Shown in pieces: positions 16,478 to 20,176 of a stretch of DNA of 20,176 nucleotides; position 1 is the stretch's first letter; every line of letters begins with the position of its first letter. The stretch is from contig CAXGAI010000018.1 in the NCBI GenBank assembly GCA_964007735.1, positions 62,001 through 82,176 on the forward strand, given 5' to 3'. The notes under the pieces were generated by a model. It saw nothing but the letters and a program-made list of their open reading frames with translations. It ran no database searches and had not been told where the DNA came from. This DNA comes from an uncultured Rhodopirellula sp. GTDB lineage: Bacteria > Planctomycetota > Planctomycetia > Pirellulales > Pirellulaceae. The position numbers and the translations under genes were made by a program.

Positions 16478-17138
16478 GTGCAACTCGCTGTAAATACTCG
16501 GCGGTGTCTTCAAATATCATGTCCGGGTATTGCTTGAGGAATTCACGAAGTTGTTTGGTAGTCGATTCGACGTGAATAGCTTTAAGTTTTAGTTCTTTCT
16601 TGCCATTTCGTTCAGTGGTTTCTTCGGTGATGGTTCCCAGAAGCATTCCCCGTTGCATGGCTTCCTTGAGTTTAATCGGGCTTACCCAGCGTACTCCTAG
16701 CCGGTCCTTTTTTACATCATAAGAATATTTGCCAAGAGCGTATTTCTTAACGTTGTTTGGGAGATCGCTTTTACCTGTTGTTGGGGTTGCAAAAAAGTTT
16801 TCGTCCTCGGACATTGGAATGGAAATGAATTGGTCGTCACCTATACGAGTGGCTAGAAAATGTCGTATTTCATGCTCTATCTCATGTTCAGCGTTGATTC
16901 GCATGGAACCAATAATTGTCCAACCCTTGTTCTTAGGGTCATGCCCAATTAGAACTGGCTGATTGTCTTTTTTAATCGTCCCATTGGTCCCGATAGTGAT
17001 GGGCACCCATTCTCCACAAAGCTTGTCATCCCAAAATGAGGATTCCGGAGTAGATACGGCGTGTTCGAATGTAGGTAAAACACAGCCGTTAGCAGCAAGG
17101 ATTAAGAGCGCGGTGAGAAATGGAACGGAGCGTTTCAT
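16467..17138 (-). CDS. Hypothetical lipoprotein
   Basis: 223-aa ORF starting 5 nt after the msrA stop. MKRS, hydrophobic core and AANGC (lipobox-like Cys19). Contains DDKLCGEW. No recognised family. Confidence 0.7.
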   Translation of the reverse strand: MKRSVPFLTALLILAANGCVLPTFEHAVSTPESSFWDDKLCGEWVPITIGTNGTIKKDNQPVLIGHDPKNKGWTIIGSMRINAEHEIEHEIRHFLATRIGDDQFISIPMSEDENFFATPTTGKSDLPNNVKKYALGKYSYDVKKDRLGVRWVSPIKLKEAMQRGMLLGTITEETTERNGKKELKLKAIHVESTTKQLREFLKQYPDMIFEDTAEYLQRVAPKG

Positions 17139-17143
17139 AGAGT

Positions 17144-17674
17144 TTAGTCTCGCAATAGGTGAGGAAACTTAGCTTGTAGTTTGGTTAGTTTGGGTCCAAT
17201 CACGGCATTGCAATAAGGATTGCCAGGATTCTTGTTGAAGTAATCGTGGTGATAGGTCTCCGCTGAATAAAAGTGTTCGGCCGGAACGATTTCAGTGACA
17301 ATAGGATTAGGCCACAAATCACTTTCGTCCAGTCTCGCTTTGACAACTTCCGCAAGTTGTTGTTGTTCCTCATTATGAAAATAAATTCCCGAGCGATATT
17401 GGGTTCCGGTGTCAGCACCCTGACGGTTTAGCGTCGTAGGGTCGTGCACGTGGAACAATACCTCCAATAAAACTTCGTAACTGATGATGTCAGGCTGGAA
17501 TTCGATTTGGATTACTTCGGCATGACCCGTCATGCCCGTGCACACCTGTTGATAGGTAGGGTCAGCTGTCTCTCCATTACTATAGCCAGGCTCGATCGTT
17601 GCCACTCCGGCTAGCTTTTGGAAAACGGCTTCAACACACCAAAAACATCCTGCGCCAAATGTCGCTGTGGCCAT
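17144..17674 (-). CDS. msrA: Peptide-methionine (S)-S-oxide reductase MsrA
   Basis: GAGCFWCVE, Y..VC.G.TGHAE, HDPTTLNRQGADTGTQYRS, AETYHHDY and NPYC. ATG at 17674 has GGAG upstream. Confidence 0.96.
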   Translation of the reverse strand: MATATFGAGCFWCVEAVFQKLAGVATIEPGYSNGETADPTYQQVCTGMTGHAEVIQIEFQPDIISYEVLLEVLFHVHDPTTLNRQGADTGTQYRSGIYFHNEEQQQLAEVVKARLDESDLWPNPIVTEIVPAEHFYSAETYHHDYFNKNPGNPYCNAVIGPKLTKLQAKFPHLLRD

Positions 17675-17772
17675 AAAACTATCGCTCCATATAAAACACG
17701 TTAGAGACTCTATCATTACAATATGTGTTGAAGTATCGAGTTTCGCAACCTGACGTATTACGTTGTAATCAA

Positions 17773-18741
17773 ATGGAGAATCGTATTGTGCGTATTTTGT
17801 TAGTCCTTATCCTTGGTCTAGTTAACAGTTCTTGTTTAGTTGGCGGGGAGGGGGTTTCTTTTGAGAGGCGTCTAGATGGTGTAGATATATACGTCGGCGA
17901 TGTTCATGTAGCCGAATACGTTCACTCCGAGGCAGTCAAAGCTGCCTCCTCTCCGACCCATTCTGTTGTAGGAAGGCCGTTTATCAGTAATGTCCATACG
18001 TTAGATGGGATCCAGGTAACGCGGAACTATCCAGTGAAGAAGGGCGATCAATCCGACCATCCACATCACCAAGGTATCTTTCACACGTTCTCACAGGTTA
18101 ACGGAATCGACTATTGGCATATGCGGGGCATCACTAAGCATGTACGTTTTGTGCGGGAGCCGCAGGTTGGCACCAGAACAGGCTTTGTTGTTGAGAATGC
18201 GTATTTGGCCCAGGATAAGAAAACGGTTCTTTTGAAAGAAGTGATTTCATATGAATTCGTAGTTGCAGAGAGAGGCCTGCTGATCGTAGTTGACGCGGTA
18301 ATTGAGGCGAAACAGGAAGAGGTTGTTTTAGGCTCCAAGGAAGAGGGAGGCTTGGCAGTACGTATGTCGAGTGATCTGCGTGTGGAATCTGGAGCAACGA
18401 TGACGGATGATAAAGGTCGCAGTGGAGGTGGGGAAATTTGGGGCAAGGCCGCCGTGTGGGTCGATAATTCAGGTATGAAAAACGGCCGTTGGGTAGGAAT
18501 TACGGTGATGACACATCCGGACAACGGCCGTCTTTACCATTGGCATGCAAGAGATTACGGTCTGCTGACTACTAATCCACTTGGCCCGCTGAATATCGCG
18601 CCTGACAGAGTACTTGGGCAGGGAGAATCAATGCGTTTTAAGTACGGTGTGATGATTCACTCGTCAACACATCGCGAACAGTATAAGCCTGCTGCTGCCC
18701 AAGTTGATTATGAACGGTATACGTCGACGATGGTTAAGTAG
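17773..18741 (+). CDS. Secreted DUF6807 / PF14100 ('PmoA'-named) family protein, function unknown
   Basis: Signal-like N-terminus. RPF...T.DG.QVTRNYP...DHPHHQG, KEEGGLAVRM, IWGK.A.WVD.SG, HPDN....WHARDYGL...NP. Start is the ATG at 17773 or the GTG at 17788 (GGAG upstream). Confidence 0.8.
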   Translation: MENRIVRILLVLILGLVNSSCLVGGEGVSFERRLDGVDIYVGDVHVAEYVHSEAVKAASSPTHSVVGRPFISNVHTLDGIQVTRNYPVKKGDQSDHPHHQGIFHTFSQVNGIDYWHMRGITKHVRFVREPQVGTRTGFVVENAYLAQDKKTVLLKEVISYEFVVAERGLLIVVDAVIEAKQEEVVLGSKEEGGLAVRMSSDLRVESGATMTDDKGRSGGGEIWGKAAVWVDNSGMKNGRWVGITVMTHPDNGRLYHWHARDYGLLTTNPLGPLNIAPDRVLGQGESMRFKYGVMIHSSTHREQYKPAAAQVDYERYTSTMVK

Positions 18742-18744
18742 ATG

Positions 18745-20169
18745 TTATGTCAGAATGTCATGAATAACATTGCCATGGACATCCGTTAGACGGAAGTCGC
18801 GTCCACTATAACGGTAGGTGAGTTTTTCATGATCCAGCCCCATAATATGTAGTAGGGTAGCATGGAGGTCATGGACGTGCACACGGTTTTCCACAGCGGT
18901 GAGCCCGAATTCGTCAGTCGCTCCATACGAGAATCCAGGCTTTACTCCGCCGCCAGCCATCCAAACGGTAAACCCGTAATGGTCGTGATCACGGCCCTTT
19001 TGACCTTCCGAAGTGGGTGCGCGACCGAACTCGCCACCCCACATGACAAGAGTGTCTTCTAGCATCCCACGCTGCTTGAGGTCTTCGAGCAGTGCCGCAA
19101 TGCCCTGGTCACAGGCATCGGCAAGACGTTTGTGGCCACCAACGATATCTCCATGTCCGGTATCCCAGGCGATGTCATATCCGTCGATTGTTAATGATAG
19201 TTGGACCATGCGTACCCCTCGTTCCACGAGCCGTCGAGCCAGCAAACAGCCTTTCGCATATTGTGTGGGGCCGTACATATCCAGGGTGTTCTGTGTTTCT
19301 CTTGTGACATCGAAGGCTTCTGGAACGGCAAATTGCATGCGGAATGCCATTTCCATCGCCTGAATGCTGGACTCAAGTTTCTGGTCCTGCTCCTGTCGGG
19401 CGAGGTCGAGATGATTGAGCTGGGCCAACAGGTCGGCCTGCTGGCGTTGTTCGGCGCGGGAAAGGTGCGGGTTGTTGAGGTCGCCGAGGATGGCGTCGGG
19501 CTTCATGCTGGCGATGTTCGCGTACACGCCGGAGTAGGCACCTGGCAGAAAGGCGTTGCCCCAATGGGCGGATTTGCCCCGCGGTTTGGCGCGCGGGCTC
19601 ATGGCGACCAGCCCGGGCAGCTCCTGATTTTCAGTGCCCAGCCCGTAACACAACCATGAACCGAGGCTCGGGCGGCTGGGCTGCAGGTGCCCTAGGTTAA
19701 ACATCATCATCGCGCCCGCATGCTCCGGGATATTGGTGTGCATCGAGTGGATGAAGCAAATGTCGTCCGCGCATGAGCCAATGTGAGGCACGAGGCTCGA
19801 TAGCATCTTGCCGGAATTTCCATAGCGGTTAAATTCCCATAACGGTTTTTGCAAGGCACCATTCTCACCCTGAAAGGAAATCAGCCTTTCGTTTCCGGGC
19901 AGCGGCTTCCCATCGTACTTGATCAATTCCGGTTTATACTCCCAAAAGTCAACATGACTAACAGCGCCGGCACAAAAAATAACGATTACGTTTTTAGCAG
20001 ACGATGCGAAGTGTGGCGGCCGTTTTTCATATGGTGCGGTTGGATCAAACGAAACGCTGCCATCTGCAAGAAGCTCCTCCGAATCCAAAATCGATGCTAA
20101 CGCTACGGCCGCAAGGCCAAATCTTGATTGGTCTAGAAAGCCGCGACGGTTTAATAGGTGGTTATGCAT
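18745..20169 (-). CDS. DUF1501 family protein with Tat signal; compositionally mosaic
   Basis: NRRGFL followed by a hydrophobic stretch. AKNVIVIFCAGAVSHVD, RPSLGSW..YGLGTENQELPG, EMAFRMQ, CLLARRLVERGVR, WGGEFGR.P...GRDH and HDLHATLLH..GLDHEKLTYRYSGRDFRLTDVHG. Confidence 0.92.
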   Translation of the reverse strand: MHNHLLNRRGFLDQSRFGLAAVALASILDSEELLADGSVSFDPTAPYEKRPPHFASSAKNVIVIFCAGAVSHVDFWEYKPELIKYDGKPLPGNERLISFQGENGALQKPLWEFNRYGNSGKMLSSLVPHIGSCADDICFIHSMHTNIPEHAGAMMMFNLGHLQPSRPSLGSWLCYGLGTENQELPGLVAMSPRAKPRGKSAHWGNAFLPGAYSGVYANIASMKPDAILGDLNNPHLSRAEQRQQADLLAQLNHLDLARQEQDQKLESSIQAMEMAFRMQFAVPEAFDVTRETQNTLDMYGPTQYAKGCLLARRLVERGVRMVQLSLTIDGYDIAWDTGHGDIVGGHKRLADACDQGIAALLEDLKQRGMLEDTLVMWGGEFGRAPTSEGQKGRDHDHYGFTVWMAGGGVKPGFSYGATDEFGLTAVENRVHVHDLHATLLHIMGLDHEKLTYRYSGRDFRLTDVHGNVIHDILT

Positions 20170-20176
20170 TCTTTAA

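Noticed and set aside
17725..18741. Particulate methane monooxygenase (pmoA) and methanotrophy
   Set aside because: No multi-pass transmembrane profile and no pmoC/pmoB. The Pfam name is misleading.
19013..19659. Plus-strand ORFs (116, 71 and 152 aa) opposite the DUF1501 gene
   Set aside because: No motifs. They are explained by stop-codon scarcity in the GC-rich segment.
1..20176. CRISPR arrays, tRNA/rRNA, IS elements, prophage or defence genes
   Set aside because: No regularly spaced repeats, cloverleaf or rRNA signatures, or transposase/integrase motifs seen. Almost all sequence is accounted for by the listed genes.

Overview
A gene-dense window of roughly 48-50% GC (estimated by eye) that looks like a Planctomycetota chromosome or MAG. 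The taxon is inferred from a DUF1549/DUF1553 gene, two DUF1501 genes, a PVC-type heme-c protein and a sulfatase. It holds 15 coding genes: the 3' end of a divergent RdgB/HAM1 pyrophosphatase; a double-domain U32/DUF3656 (RlhA-type) protein; an MLE-subgroup enolase-superfamily enzyme; succinate-semialdehyde dehydrogenase; OsmC; a 4-hydroxybutyrate-dehydrogenase-like Fe-ADH; a DUF1549/1553-DUF1501 pair closed by an intrinsic terminator; three exported enzymes (SMP-30 lactonase, heme-c beta-propeller dehydrogenase-like protein, sulfatase); a lipoprotein with msrA; a DUF6807/'PmoA'-family secreted protein; and a second DUF1501 gene. I saw no rRNA, tRNA, CRISPR array or transposase. The strongest anomaly is the last DUF1501 gene, which appears to be an in-frame mosaic. 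It has an internal patch of about 0.4 kb at ~66% GC (GC3 ~85% in a hand-counted sample) between lower-GC flanks, with the switch points in conserved family motifs. Also worth checking: Tyr in place of the conserved second Lys in the MLE enzyme, a possible C4 (GHB/SSA) catabolic cluster, a possible periplasmic sulfatase-dehydrogenase-lactonase route with a CBM67-like domain, and a rod-like structure in an intergenic region. All family calls come from motif recognition by eye, not database searches.
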